Of a DNA stretch of 27,659 bases, positions 16,559 to 25,659 are shown piece by piece (position 1 is the stretch's first letter; every line of letters starts with the position of its first letter). The DNA lies in IMG/VR virus record IMGVR_UViG_3300047561_001022, positions 1 through 27,659 of that record; one strand, given 5' to 3'. The notes beneath the pieces are model-generated. The model did not search any database and was not told where the DNA came from. It saw only the letters and a program-made list of their open reading frames with translations. Both the position numbers and the translations under genes were made by a program. The DNA comes from a virus (taxonomy: Duplodnaviria; Caudoviricetes).

Positions 16559-17076
16559 AGTTTGAATTAATTGATGAGCAGAAGGGTATATACAGTGCCG
16601 TGGAAATCATCAAAGACAAAATCTACTACTTGAGCTACCAGACCATGCCGTATGTATGCACGATCAATGGAGTAAAAAAATTGTATGCGTATCTTAATCC
16701 TGAATGGAATTTGAATGAAGATTTACACAAAATAGTAGGCTTGACGGCTTGGGAATTTGTACAGCGTGGTCACTGGCCATACTTTGAAAAACAAGTAAAT
16801 GAAGTGGCTGATTTATCCTATGGCAAATTTGAAGCAGTAGGCAAAGAGTATGCAGTAAACTTTGCTATTGATCGTAGCTGCTGGCGTTACATCTACGACT
16901 GGCAAGGCAAATATGATGATGATGAGGATAATTATCATTTTGGCCAAAGTGATGATGGTGAAGAAGGTGATTCGTATTTTGAAAATTGTCCGTGGTTTGA
17001 CCCGCGCCAAATACCATCACTGGCACACTTTCACTGGTGGATTACATCGACAATAAAAAAGTTTGACCCCAAATGA
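16522..17076 (+). CDS. Unknown-family paralogue C (with acidic insertion)
   Basis: LTAWE, DRSCWRY, CPWF...IPSLAHFHWWI. Confidence 0.8.
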   Translation: MGNTLKIIGKPVEFELIDEQKGIYSAVEIIKDKIYYLSYQTMPYVCTINGVKKLYAYLNPEWNLNEDLHKIVGLTAWEFVQRGHWPYFEKQVNEVADLSYGKFEAVGKEYAVNFAIDRSCWRYIYDWQGKYDDDEDNYHFGQSDDGEEGDSYFENCPWFDPRQIPSLAHFHWWITSTIKKFDPK

Positions 17077-17786
17077 ACACTGCCACCATCATTGCCAAAA
17101 CCACGCCAGAAGATGGCAGCACACTAGAACAATTTATTGTGTATTGTGCACGTGTATCGAATCCTGCCAATCAGGCGAATCACGACACGGCACCGCGGCT
17201 TATGCGTTACCTGATGAAACACAAACACTGGTCACCATTCGAGATGGCCAGCATCACGATGGAAATTACCACCACGCGTGATATTGCACGCCAGATATTA
17301 CGCCACAGAAGTTTTAGCTTCCAAGAATTCAGCCAACGCTATGCAGATCCTACACAGGCACTTGGATTTACCAACCGTGAAACACGATTGCAGGACACTG
17401 CCAACAGGCAGAACAGCATTGCCACAGATGATGAGTATATTAGTAGGCAGTGGATTATAATGCAGGAACAAATGGCAAGCATGGCACAAGCGATGTACGA
17501 AAAGGCAATTAGCCTAGGCATTGCTAAAGAGCAGGCACGTGCGTTGCTTCCTGAAGGCTTGACGGTATCAAGATTGTACATGACTGGCACGGTACGATCA
17601 TGGCTGCACTACTGCAAGGCGCGAATGAAAAGCGATACTCAAAAAGAACACCAAATGATTGCAGTGGCAGCGTGGCAACAGTTAATTACCGTATTACCAT
17701 CATTGCAAATTACGTTAAGTAGATACCCAATTCGTAAAGGTATCAATGGTGGCCTGATTCGCCAGTGGAATAAAAAACGCGTGTAA
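17073..17786 (+). CDS. thyX: FAD-dependent thymidylate synthase
   Basis: HWSPFE, RQILRHRSFSFQEFSQRY, KEQAR-x-LLP, TQKEH. Confidence 0.97.
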   Translation: MNTATIIAKTTPEDGSTLEQFIVYCARVSNPANQANHDTAPRLMRYLMKHKHWSPFEMASITMEITTTRDIARQILRHRSFSFQEFSQRYADPTQALGFTNRETRLQDTANRQNSIATDDEYISRQWIIMQEQMASMAQAMYEKAISLGIAKEQARALLPEGLTVSRLYMTGTVRSWLHYCKARMKSDTQKEHQMIAVAAWQQLITVLPSLQITLSRYPIRKGINGGLIRQWNKKRV

Positions 17787-17807
17787 TCACTAGCCAAACC
17801 ATCAAAT

Positions 17808-17846
17808 AACAGCCATGTATACTAATATGTATACATGGCTGTTTTT
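17808..17846 (+). terminator. Intrinsic terminator between middle and late genes
   Basis: aacagccatgtatac-taatat-gtatacatggctgtt followed by a T-run. Confidence 0.75.
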
Positions 17847-17862
17847 ATTCGGAGTAATGCCA

Positions 17863-18408
17863 ATGACCACACCAGATGCACTATTTCGTCACGACTTCAG
17901 GCAATGGAAATCAGTAGAAGATTTTCGCACGCATGTATGGTCATATGACAGCAGCATTGCCAATTGGGCCAAGGCAATTGTAATGCACCATACCTACTCA
18001 CCACAGGAATACCAATGGCGCGGATTACGCACAATGACTGGCATGATGCACTACTATTGCGGTCTTGGCTGGACCAGTGGTCCACACCTATTTATTGCAC
18101 CAGATGGTATCTGGCAGATGACTGCCATCAACGAGCCAGGCACACACGCGGCCATGTGGAATAATAAATCATGGGGCATTGAGATGGTTGGCTATTTCGA
18201 TCATCATGCATGGTCAGACAAACAACGAACCACCATGTACCATGTGGCAGAAACATTACTAAGGTGGCGTGGCCTGCAGCCATCAAAACAAAGTGTATTA
18301 GGCCATCGTGAAACAGGTAGCAAAAAAACATGCCCAGGTACTATGATAGATATGAATATTGTGCGTGCTGATTTGCGTGCACGGTTTGTACAGGATACGA
18401 ATGCATGA
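17863..18408 (+). CDS. Endolysin, N-acetylmuramoyl-L-alanine amidase (Amidase_2)
   Basis: IVMHHT, GPHLFI, GTHA, GIEMVG, GHRE...KTCPG. Confidence 0.92.
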   Translation: MTTPDALFRHDFRQWKSVEDFRTHVWSYDSSIANWAKAIVMHHTYSPQEYQWRGLRTMTGMMHYYCGLGWTSGPHLFIAPDGIWQMTAINEPGTHAAMWNNKSWGIEMVGYFDHHAWSDKQRTTMYHVAETLLRWRGLQPSKQSVLGHRETGSKKTCPGTMIDMNIVRADLRARFVQDTNA

Positions 18409-18611
18409 TTACTGTAGAATCACAATTGGCAGAAATTAATACCCATCTTACCTACATTGCAAAACGTTTAGACGAAGGCAATGCAAAGTTTCAGTCACTC
18501 GAAACACGCATTACCCAATTAGAGCAAGAACAGACCAAATGGAAGGGCGTTATGATGGCCATCAGTGCATTGTATGCAGTGCTGGTATTTATCCTGAATT
18601 ATATGAAGTAG
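18405..18611 (+). CDS. Coiled-coil plus C-terminal TM lysis-associated protein (XhlA-like)
   Basis: LETRITQLEQ heptads then a TM segment, inside the lysis cassette. Confidence 0.65.
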   Translation: MITVESQLAEINTHLTYIAKRLDEGNAKFQSLETRITQLEQEQTKWKGVMMAISALYAVLVFILNYMK

Positions 18612-18621
18612 GAGTAACACA

Positions 18622-18801
18622 ATGAAACCATGGTATGAATCCAAAACGATATGGATCAATGCACTGCTGCTGATTGCAGCCATTTGCATGGCACTGCTTA
18701 ATGAAACAGCAATGCAAGAATATGCACCAATCATAATTATTATTAATACTACTATTAATGTAATACTACGCATTATGACAACCAAAGAAGTGAGTTTGTA
18801 A
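18622..18801 (+). CDS. Putative holin (59 aa, not in the ORF track)
   Basis: AGGAG RBS. MKPWYESKTIWINALLL...INVILRIMTTKEVSL has two TM segments. Confidence 0.75.
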   Translation: MKPWYESKTIWINALLLIAAICMALLNETAMQEYAPIIIIINTTINVILRIMTTKEVSL

Positions 18802-18816
18802 AGGTAGGTAGTGTGC

Positions 18817-19263
18817 ATGGCATCTGACACGTTAAAAAAAGATGGCGTAAATCGAGATGCAGCATGGCGTGATTTGTACTGCAAGCATTTGTCAATTGAA
18901 GGCAACATAGCAGCAGCAGCAAAGAAGGCTGGCATATCGCGACAAACGGTATACCACCACATGAATGCAGATCATGATTTTAATACGCAGTGTGATAATG
19001 CAGTGGCGTTATTCAATGCCAGCATTGAACGTGAAATAAGGAAACGTGCATTTGCTGGCAGTGATATGTTGCTCATGGCCATGGCAAATCGACACATGCC
19101 AGCGGAGTATAGGCAGCGTCAAGAGATACAGCAAACCATCACACATGATTATGTAGTAGAGATTGGCACGCCACGTGTACCAGCAATCACCAACAGCGCA
19201 GATACAATACAAGACGTTACGCCACAGCGAGTGTACGAAACCACAGGCGATGTTTTGGAATAG
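18817..19263 (+). CDS. terS: Terminase small subunit
   Basis: HTH GNIAAAAKKAGISRQTVY, SDMLL...P-x-EYR, located directly upstream of terL. Confidence 0.85.
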   Translation: MASDTLKKDGVNRDAAWRDLYCKHLSIEGNIAAAAKKAGISRQTVYHHMNADHDFNTQCDNAVALFNASIEREIRKRAFAGSDMLLMAMANRHMPAEYRQRQEIQQTITHDYVVEIGTPRVPAITNSADTIQDVTPQRVYETTGDVLE

Positions 19264-20380
19264 CACAGCACGGTTTCGGGCATTCATTGGCGGCCGTGGC
19301 AGTGGCAAGACACGAGCTGGTGTAATCGAGGTATTGCGAATGCCTGCAAATAGTACAGGCATGATTGTTGCACCAACATACCCAATGCTACGTGATGGCC
19401 CGCGCAAGATGCTATTAGATATTGCACGGCAGGCTGGCATACTTAAAACGCATAACATCAGCACTGGCACTATTGTGTTGCATGGCAATAGAACAATATT
19501 GCTACGCAGTGCAGACAATCCTGATCGCTTACGTGGTGCCAATCTTGGCTGGATATGGTTTGATGAAGCGGCCATGATGCACATCGATGCGTGGCAAATT
19601 GCTATTGCCACGTTGCGAGAAATGCCAGGCAAGGCGTGGATAACCACCACGCCACGCGGCCGTAATTGGATATATGACCTATGGCATGGCGGCAGTAATC
19701 CTGACTATGCAGTGATACATAGCAGGACCACTGACAATGTATTTCTACCTGACACATTCATACACACGTTACGCCAATCATACACTGCAGAACAGTTTGA
19801 ACAGGAAGCAAACGGTATGTTTGTTGATTTGTCTGGCGCACTGTTCAAACGTCAGTGGTTTACATTGACAGATGCACCACCACCAAACATGCAGTGGTGC
19901 AGGTATTGGGATCTAGCCACCAGTGTGCGTGACAGTGCAGACTATACCGCAAGTGTGCGTGTGGCTATGGCAGATGATGGCATCATGTACATTGCTGATG
20001 GCATTCGCATAAAAGCAGAATGGCCAGATGTACGCAAGATTATGATAGATGTGATGCGATCAGAAGCAGACGATACCACGCAAGGTGTCGAGGAAGCATT
20101 GCATGGTTTGGCAGGCCTGCAAGAATTGCGACGTATGCAGGAGCTAGCGCACGTCACGTTGATTGGCTATCACGTGAGCAAAGATAAGATGCACCGCGCT
20201 ATGCCATGGGCCGCACGCGCTGAGCAAAATATGATTCGCGTAGTGCGTGGCGAATGGTGCCAGCAATTCATTGATGAATCAGTGGCATTCCCGTATGGCA
20301 ATCATGATGATATGGTTGATGCAGTGAGTGGTGCCAATGCCATGCTAGGCACTGGTGGCGTAATGTATGATTTCATGTAG
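19163..20380 (+). CDS. terL: Terminase large subunit (start uncertain)
   Basis: GGRGSGKT, LRGANL..WFDEAA, TTTPRG, WDLA, HDDMVDA. Confidence 0.96.
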   Translation: MARHVYQQSPTAQIQYKTLRHSECTKPQAMFWNSTARFRAFIGGRGSGKTRAGVIEVLRMPANSTGMIVAPTYPMLRDGPRKMLLDIARQAGILKTHNISTGTIVLHGNRTILLRSADNPDRLRGANLGWIWFDEAAMMHIDAWQIAIATLREMPGKAWITTTPRGRNWIYDLWHGGSNPDYAVIHSRTTDNVFLPDTFIHTLRQSYTAEQFEQEANGMFVDLSGALFKRQWFTLTDAPPPNMQWCRYWDLATSVRDSADYTASVRVAMADDGIMYIADGIRIKAEWPDVRKIMIDVMRSEADDTTQGVEEALHGLAGLQELRRMQELAHVTLIGYHVSKDKMHRAMPWAARAEQNMIRVVRGEWCQQFIDESVAFPYGNHDDMVDAVSGANAMLGTGGVMYDFM

Positions 20381-20401
20381 TGCTAGTAAGGATAAAACGC
20401 A

Positions 20402-22465
20402 ATGGCATCACTAAAGGCTATCGAAGCTATACCGGGTTGGTACAACGTCGCCAATAAGGCAGGGCAATTACAAGGTGCCATCGATGCATACGAAAAGGTG
20501 CCTATGCTATACCGCGCAATTAATTTGCGTAGCGATGCACTAGGAACCGTGCCATTTGTATTAGAACGCAATGATGTGCAGGTAGATTATCCATTCGTAA
20601 CCCCTATGGATATGCTGATTCAAGAAACAGAACGTGCACTGCTGCTGACTGGCAATGCATATTGGTTACGTTTATACCGCGGCCGTGTACTATACGGGTT
20701 TCAATTCCTGAACCCCAAAAGCGTTACCGTCGAATACAAACCTGAATACCAAACATCAGACAGTGTATTGTCTGGTATGCGATTTAGTCAAAACATCAAT
20801 GGCAAGATATACGGACCTTGGACCATTGACCAAATCGTGTACTGGCGTGAACCATCTATTCGAGATGATGTGTATGGTGGCATTGCTCCAGCAGCAGTGG
20901 CACTGCAATCTGCACAGCTGGCGTATTACTTGGAACGGTTTACCAGTGCATTTTTTGAACATGGTGCACAACCTGCAGTAATCATGAGTCTAGACAAATC
21001 GATTACGCCACCAGAATATGAACGCTTAAAGAGTGATTGGCGATCACGTGTAGAAGGTGTATCGAACGCATTCAAAACCTTCTTTTTTCGTGGTGAGGTT
21101 AAAACACAAATTCTTACGTTTCCATTAAAAGATATGGAACTTGTACCACTGCAAGAACGCGTGACCACCAACATTACTACCACCTTTGGTGTGCCACGAA
21201 CCATGCTAGAAGCGAGTGCTGCCAATTATGCCACAGCTGATAGTGATCGCCAATCATTTTGGCGTGAAACCATTGTGCCACGCTTGGCATTTTATCAACG
21301 TGTGCTAAATCAGCAGGTGTTTGCACCACTGAAATACAAGATGCATTTCACACCTGAAGTATTAGACGTGTTTCAGACAGACGAAGCACAGCGAGCAGGC
21401 AGCCTGTTGCAATTGGTGCAGGCTGGCGTACCACTGGCCAGTGCAATGAAAATTCTAGGCTATGACAACATCGATGAAGCAGTAGGTATGCCACCAACAA
21501 TCACTGGACCTGATGTAACAGGAGTGAATGTAGATACAGGTACAGAAGTTATTGATGCATCACTAAACGATATTAAAACAGTGCAGGCCAGCAGACTTGC
21601 AGACTTGGAAGCATACGAACGCAAGGCACTGAAACGATTCAAGACCAAAGGCACTGCAGCAGTAACGTTTGATTCTGACACACTGCCACGCTACATGACT
21701 GATTACATCTATGCAGAACTACAAGGCGTAAAAAAAAAGAGTGATATAGCACATGTATTTCACTTTATAAAGGCACTCACATTGGCTGATCTCACACCAG
21801 CTGAACGCAAGGTATACGACGCAATAGCCAAGAAGCTGGCCACGCGAAGTGATAAGAATGCAGAAGCAATTGCACGTGGTGATTACACGGCCATTGACAC
21901 TGATTTGCGTGGCGTGCTTACTGACAATGTGGCACAGCTGGTACTAGATGCAGGTGCACAACGCATACGCACCATACCTGGCTTGGCTGATGTTGTAGGA
22001 GATGACGTTATCAAACAAGGTATTGCCAATCAGGCAAATACCTACATCGATCAGTACTGGAATCCATTCCTGAATGATTTATCAGACACTGAACGCGATT
22101 ACATCAGCAAAGTTATCACCAACGCACAAACCACAGTAGGTATTACCGTTGATGATATTCGCAATCAGCTGGCAATGTTTGGTGATTTGCGTGCACAACG
22201 CATTGCATTCACTGAACCCACACGAGCTGCAGCACAGCAAACGTTTGCTATTCAGAATCAGGCACTGCAGGCTGGCATCAATACCACTATGATTTGGATT
22301 GCAGAAAACGATGATGAGGTATGCAAGTTATGCGAACCACTAGACAGACTGCTACAGAATGACTGGCCAATAGAAGCAACAGGCGGACCACCACGCCACG
22401 TAAATTGCAGGTGTGCTATTGGGTTGGTATTAATCGAATCACCAATAGTAGATGCAGGTGAGTAA
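20402..22465 (+). CDS. Portal protein fused to an SPP1 gp7/MuF-like minor head domain
   Basis: HK97-type portal motifs (GNAYW, FFEHGA, FGVP, NYAT). C-terminal RAQRIAFTE...VCKLC...PPRHVNCRC. Confidence 0.9.
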   Translation: MASLKAIEAIPGWYNVANKAGQLQGAIDAYEKVPMLYRAINLRSDALGTVPFVLERNDVQVDYPFVTPMDMLIQETERALLLTGNAYWLRLYRGRVLYGFQFLNPKSVTVEYKPEYQTSDSVLSGMRFSQNINGKIYGPWTIDQIVYWREPSIRDDVYGGIAPAAVALQSAQLAYYLERFTSAFFEHGAQPAVIMSLDKSITPPEYERLKSDWRSRVEGVSNAFKTFFFRGEVKTQILTFPLKDMELVPLQERVTTNITTTFGVPRTMLEASAANYATADSDRQSFWRETIVPRLAFYQRVLNQQVFAPLKYKMHFTPEVLDVFQTDEAQRAGSLLQLVQAGVPLASAMKILGYDNIDEAVGMPPTITGPDVTGVNVDTGTEVIDASLNDIKTVQASRLADLEAYERKALKRFKTKGTAAVTFDSDTLPRYMTDYIYAELQGVKKKSDIAHVFHFIKALTLADLTPAERKVYDAIAKKLATRSDKNAEAIARGDYTAIDTDLRGVLTDNVAQLVLDAGAQRIRTIPGLADVVGDDVIKQGIANQANTYIDQYWNPFLNDLSDTERDYISKVITNAQTTVGITVDDIRNQLAMFGDLRAQRIAFTEPTRAAAQQTFAIQNQALQAGINTTMIWIAENDDEVCKLCEPLDRLLQNDWPIEATGGPPRHVNCRCAIGLVLIESPIVDAGE

Positions 22466-22933
22466 ATGCCATTTACCATTGAAGTGCAGAACGCCACACT
22501 AAACCTAATCGAGAAGTGCAGGCAGCTACAGGAAGCAGTGTTACCTGTAGTGGCTGGTCTTGCAGTCACTGAATTAATCAGCAACGATCCGCCACCACCA
22601 GCACGTGGCAGTGCACCTGGATTTGTCAGTGATAGGCAGCGCAAATTTGTTATGGCAGGTAAGCGCAATGGCACAATTCAAATACCGTATGTACGCGGCC
22701 GTGGTGCAGGCAAATCACAGAAACTGAATCGAAGTTATTTAGTACTACGTGGCACTATTGCAGAGTCGCAAGTAGTAAGCACTGCCAGCTATGCACAGTA
22801 TGTGGTTGGCAATAAGCAGGCACCAATACATCAGGGCCGCTGGCTGACCACTGACGAAATAGCCAAGCGTATGGAAGATAGTGGCAAGATTAAATCAGTG
22901 GTAGAACAGGCCGTAAAAGATGCATTTTCGTAA
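22466..22933 (+). CDS. Virion morphogenesis / HK97 gp10-like protein
   Basis: L-x-RS..., ASYAQYV, and position in the head module. Confidence 0.55.
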   Translation: MPFTIEVQNATLNLIEKCRQLQEAVLPVVAGLAVTELISNDPPPPARGSAPGFVSDRQRKFVMAGKRNGTIQIPYVRGRGAGKSQKLNRSYLVLRGTIAESQVVSTASYAQYVVGNKQAPIHQGRWLTTDEIAKRMEDSGKIKSVVEQAVKDAFS

Positions 22934-22957
22934 TGCTACACTAGCAAAGGATTGCAC

Positions 22958-23881
22958 ATGGCAGATACGTACAGACCACCAGCAGACGTTGCACGCAATG
23001 CACAAATGGCACTCGATGTACGCGAATCCAAGCCTGCAAGTGCACGTGGTATGACGTTAGTAGGCCTAGCACGTGCAAGGCAATTGGCGAATAGGGAACC
23101 TGTATCACTCGACACAGTACAGCGTATGGCATCGTATTTTGCACGCCACGAAGTAGACAAACAAGGCAGTACATGGAACGATCAGGGCCGTGGCTGGCAG
23201 GCATGGCATGGTTGGGGTGGCGATGCAGGCAAAGATTGGGTGCAATCTATTTTGAAGGAGATTAAACAGATGGAAATCAAGGCAGGCAGCAGACACAGTG
23301 CAGCGGATATGGAAATTATTCGTATGGCACGCAAGGCATCAAAATCGATTGCAGGATACATGCAACAATTGGGTGATGATATGCAAGAAGATGATGATGA
23401 TACCGAAATCAAATCCATGCATGATATGGGTGATGAATTGAACACACGCCAGCGTATGATTGTTTCTGCACTGGTAGAAGTGACACACGAAGCAGGCAAG
23501 TTTGATACGTCAGCTGGTGCCAATGGTGCACACTATATACCTGCAGAACAAAATGTATTTATAGCCAAAGGCATTTATTGCCAGCACTGCTATTTCTATC
23601 AACCTGATTATCAGTGTGCCATTGTTGATGCGATCATTGATCCAATGGCCGTGTGTAAACTTTGGGTAATTCCACAATCAGAGATTATGGAAGCAATGGC
23701 AGAATCAGAAGTTATTACCGTGGTGGAAGTGGTAGAGCCAATGGAAGTAGACGCTTTGAAGTATGCAGAATCAACGCAAATGTATGCTGATGAATCTGAT
23801 AGCATGGCCGTTATTAGCACTGCTGAACCATCAGAAGCAGCACAGAAGTTTGCACGTAAGCTGTTAGGAATGAATCAATGA
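22958..23881 (+). CDS. Head-module protein: unknown N-terminal domain plus HiPIP-like 4-Cys domain, with acidic linkers
   Basis: VGLARARQLA...WGGDAG; AHY...CQHCYFY...CAIVDAIIDPMAVCKLW. Confidence 0.7.
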   Translation: MADTYRPPADVARNAQMALDVRESKPASARGMTLVGLARARQLANREPVSLDTVQRMASYFARHEVDKQGSTWNDQGRGWQAWHGWGGDAGKDWVQSILKEIKQMEIKAGSRHSAADMEIIRMARKASKSIAGYMQQLGDDMQEDDDDTEIKSMHDMGDELNTRQRMIVSALVEVTHEAGKFDTSAGANGAHYIPAEQNVFIAKGIYCQHCYFYQPDYQCAIVDAIIDPMAVCKLWVIPQSEIMEAMAESEVITVVEVVEPMEVDALKYAESTQMYADESDSMAVISTAEPSEAAQKFARKLLGMNQ

Positions 23882-25434
23882 AGTATGCAGTCAAACAAGT
23901 ATCAGATTACGTTGTACGAGGCCGTGGCGTGGTGTTTGGTGGCAAAGATTTAACAGGCGATAGATTCACTGCCAAAACAGACTTTGGTGATACACGATCA
24001 TTCGTTGGCATGCCTGTATATTATGACCACGGTTTGTCTGATTTACAGTCACAAATTGGTACCGTCAAGATGTGGCAGCCTGATGATGAGGGTATTGACG
24101 TTGATATTGAAATCGACAAACGCCACAAATATGCACAGCAGGTGATGGCACTGGTGAAACGTGGTGTGCTAGGATTATCTACAGGTGCACTATCACATTT
24201 GGTGGTCCGTGATGGTGGCGAATTAAAACGCTGGATTGTTGGCGAGATTAGTTTAACGCCTACACCAGCAGAACCACGAACCATGGCTATTTCTGATATG
24301 AAGGCAGTGCCACAGGCCAGCAATGGCGGCCCTGCAATTGTCAGTAGCAATATACAAGAATTTACATCAAAGGAATTACCTACCATGTCAGACCAATTGA
24401 TTAAAGATGCAGTCAAGGCCGCCATTGAAGAGATGGCCGGCGAACCTGTAAAAGGTGGTGGTGTGGTTGCAGGCAGTGCACCAGCCACGAAGAAACTTAC
24501 CAGCATGGGTAACAGCAATGACCAAATGGATGCATTGAAGCACTGGATGCGAACCGGTGATGATATTGCAGCCAAAACCGTATTGGTAGAAGGTACCAAT
24601 GCAAATGGTGGCTATTTGGTGCCATTGGATTATGCCAAACAAATTACTGATCGCCGTGATGAAACCTGGATTGGTGCAAAGTTGCCTATGCAACGATACC
24701 AAACCACTAGCCAAATTTTCAATATCGCCAATCAAGATGAAAAATCTGATTTTGCATTTGTTGCTGAATCAGGATCATTCAATCAAGATGAACCAACATT
24801 TGCTGGATCTGCCATCACTGTTTACACTGCATCATTGGGTATGAAGGTTTCAAACCAATTGTTGCGCGATCAGGCCATGGATCTTGAAGGATTTGTTGCA
24901 CGTGAAGTTGGGCGCGCGTATGCACGCCACCTAAACAATTACATGATTGTTGGTACTGGTAGCAGTCAGCCATACGGTATTTTGGCACGGGCCACGGTTT
25001 CTGAAACACTGGCCAGTACCACTGGTGTTGATGCAGGCGATATTATCAACATTGTGCACAAGTTGCCAGAATGGTATACAGATGATACCAGCAGTGTTGG
25101 TTGGATTATGCGCAATGGCACGCTCGGTGCCATTCGTGCATTGACTGGTAACTTCTTTTCATTCCAAGCCACGCCACAGGGCGGCATTGATAATCTGTAC
25201 AGCAAACCTGTAGCAGTGACTGATAAAGTTGCAGCCATGGCGGCCAGTGCAAAATCAATCATTTTTGGTAATTTCAATTACTACGCATTTGTGGAAAACC
25301 TTGGTTTGGAAATCAGCCGCAATCCATACTTGTTCCAGGCGAATTATCAAACTGCCATTTTCTGCACGGCCCGTTGGGGTGGTGATGTTACGCAAGCTGA
25401 AGCATTTGTGTATGGTGTGCATCCTGCTTCCTAG
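23878..25434 (+). CDS. Prohead protease-major capsid (HK97 fold) fusion
   Basis: DLTGDRF, YDH, GLSTG, EISLTPTPAEPRT (S78-like protease), followed by GGYLVP, GTGSSQPYGI, IIFGNF. Confidence 0.92.
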   Translation: MKYAVKQVSDYVVRGRGVVFGGKDLTGDRFTAKTDFGDTRSFVGMPVYYDHGLSDLQSQIGTVKMWQPDDEGIDVDIEIDKRHKYAQQVMALVKRGVLGLSTGALSHLVVRDGGELKRWIVGEISLTPTPAEPRTMAISDMKAVPQASNGGPAIVSSNIQEFTSKELPTMSDQLIKDAVKAAIEEMAGEPVKGGGVVAGSAPATKKLTSMGNSNDQMDALKHWMRTGDDIAAKTVLVEGTNANGGYLVPLDYAKQITDRRDETWIGAKLPMQRYQTTSQIFNIANQDEKSDFAFVAESGSFNQDEPTFAGSAITVYTASLGMKVSNQLLRDQAMDLEGFVAREVGRAYARHLNNYMIVGTGSSQPYGILARATVSETLASTTGVDAGDIINIVHKLPEWYTDDTSSVGWIMRNGTLGAIRALTGNFFSFQATPQGGIDNLYSKPVAVTDKVAAMAASAKSIIFGNFNYYAFVENLGLEISRNPYLFQANYQTAIFCTARWGGDVTQAEAFVYGVHPAS

Positions 25435-25446
25435 GAGTAATACTAT

Positions 25447-25653
25447 ATGCGTGTGAAGCTAAAAAACAGCCTTGCACGGATGGTTGATGAACGTTTGGTT
25501 GCCAACATTGGTGGTGATGTTATCGAGGTCACCACCAGTGAAGGCACCAGACTGATTGCTACCAATCGTGCCACGTTAGTGCCAGACGATATGCCAGCCA
25601 TCGATGTACAAGAGCAGGCACCAAAACGTGTGAAACGTCTGCCAAAGGAATAA
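25447..25653 (+). CDS. Small post-capsid protein
   Basis: AGGAG RBS and a typical position after the capsid gene. Confidence 0.7.
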   Translation: MRVKLKNSLARMVDERLVANIGGDVIEVTTSEGTRLIATNRATLVPDDMPAIDVQEQAPKRVKRLPKE

Positions 25654-25659
25654 ACCACT

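Noticed and set aside
19009-19650. Long minus-strand ORFs (also 24021..24599, 18519..18962, 7510..7953)
   Set aside because: Antisense shadows of well-supported + strand genes, with no motifs or RBS.
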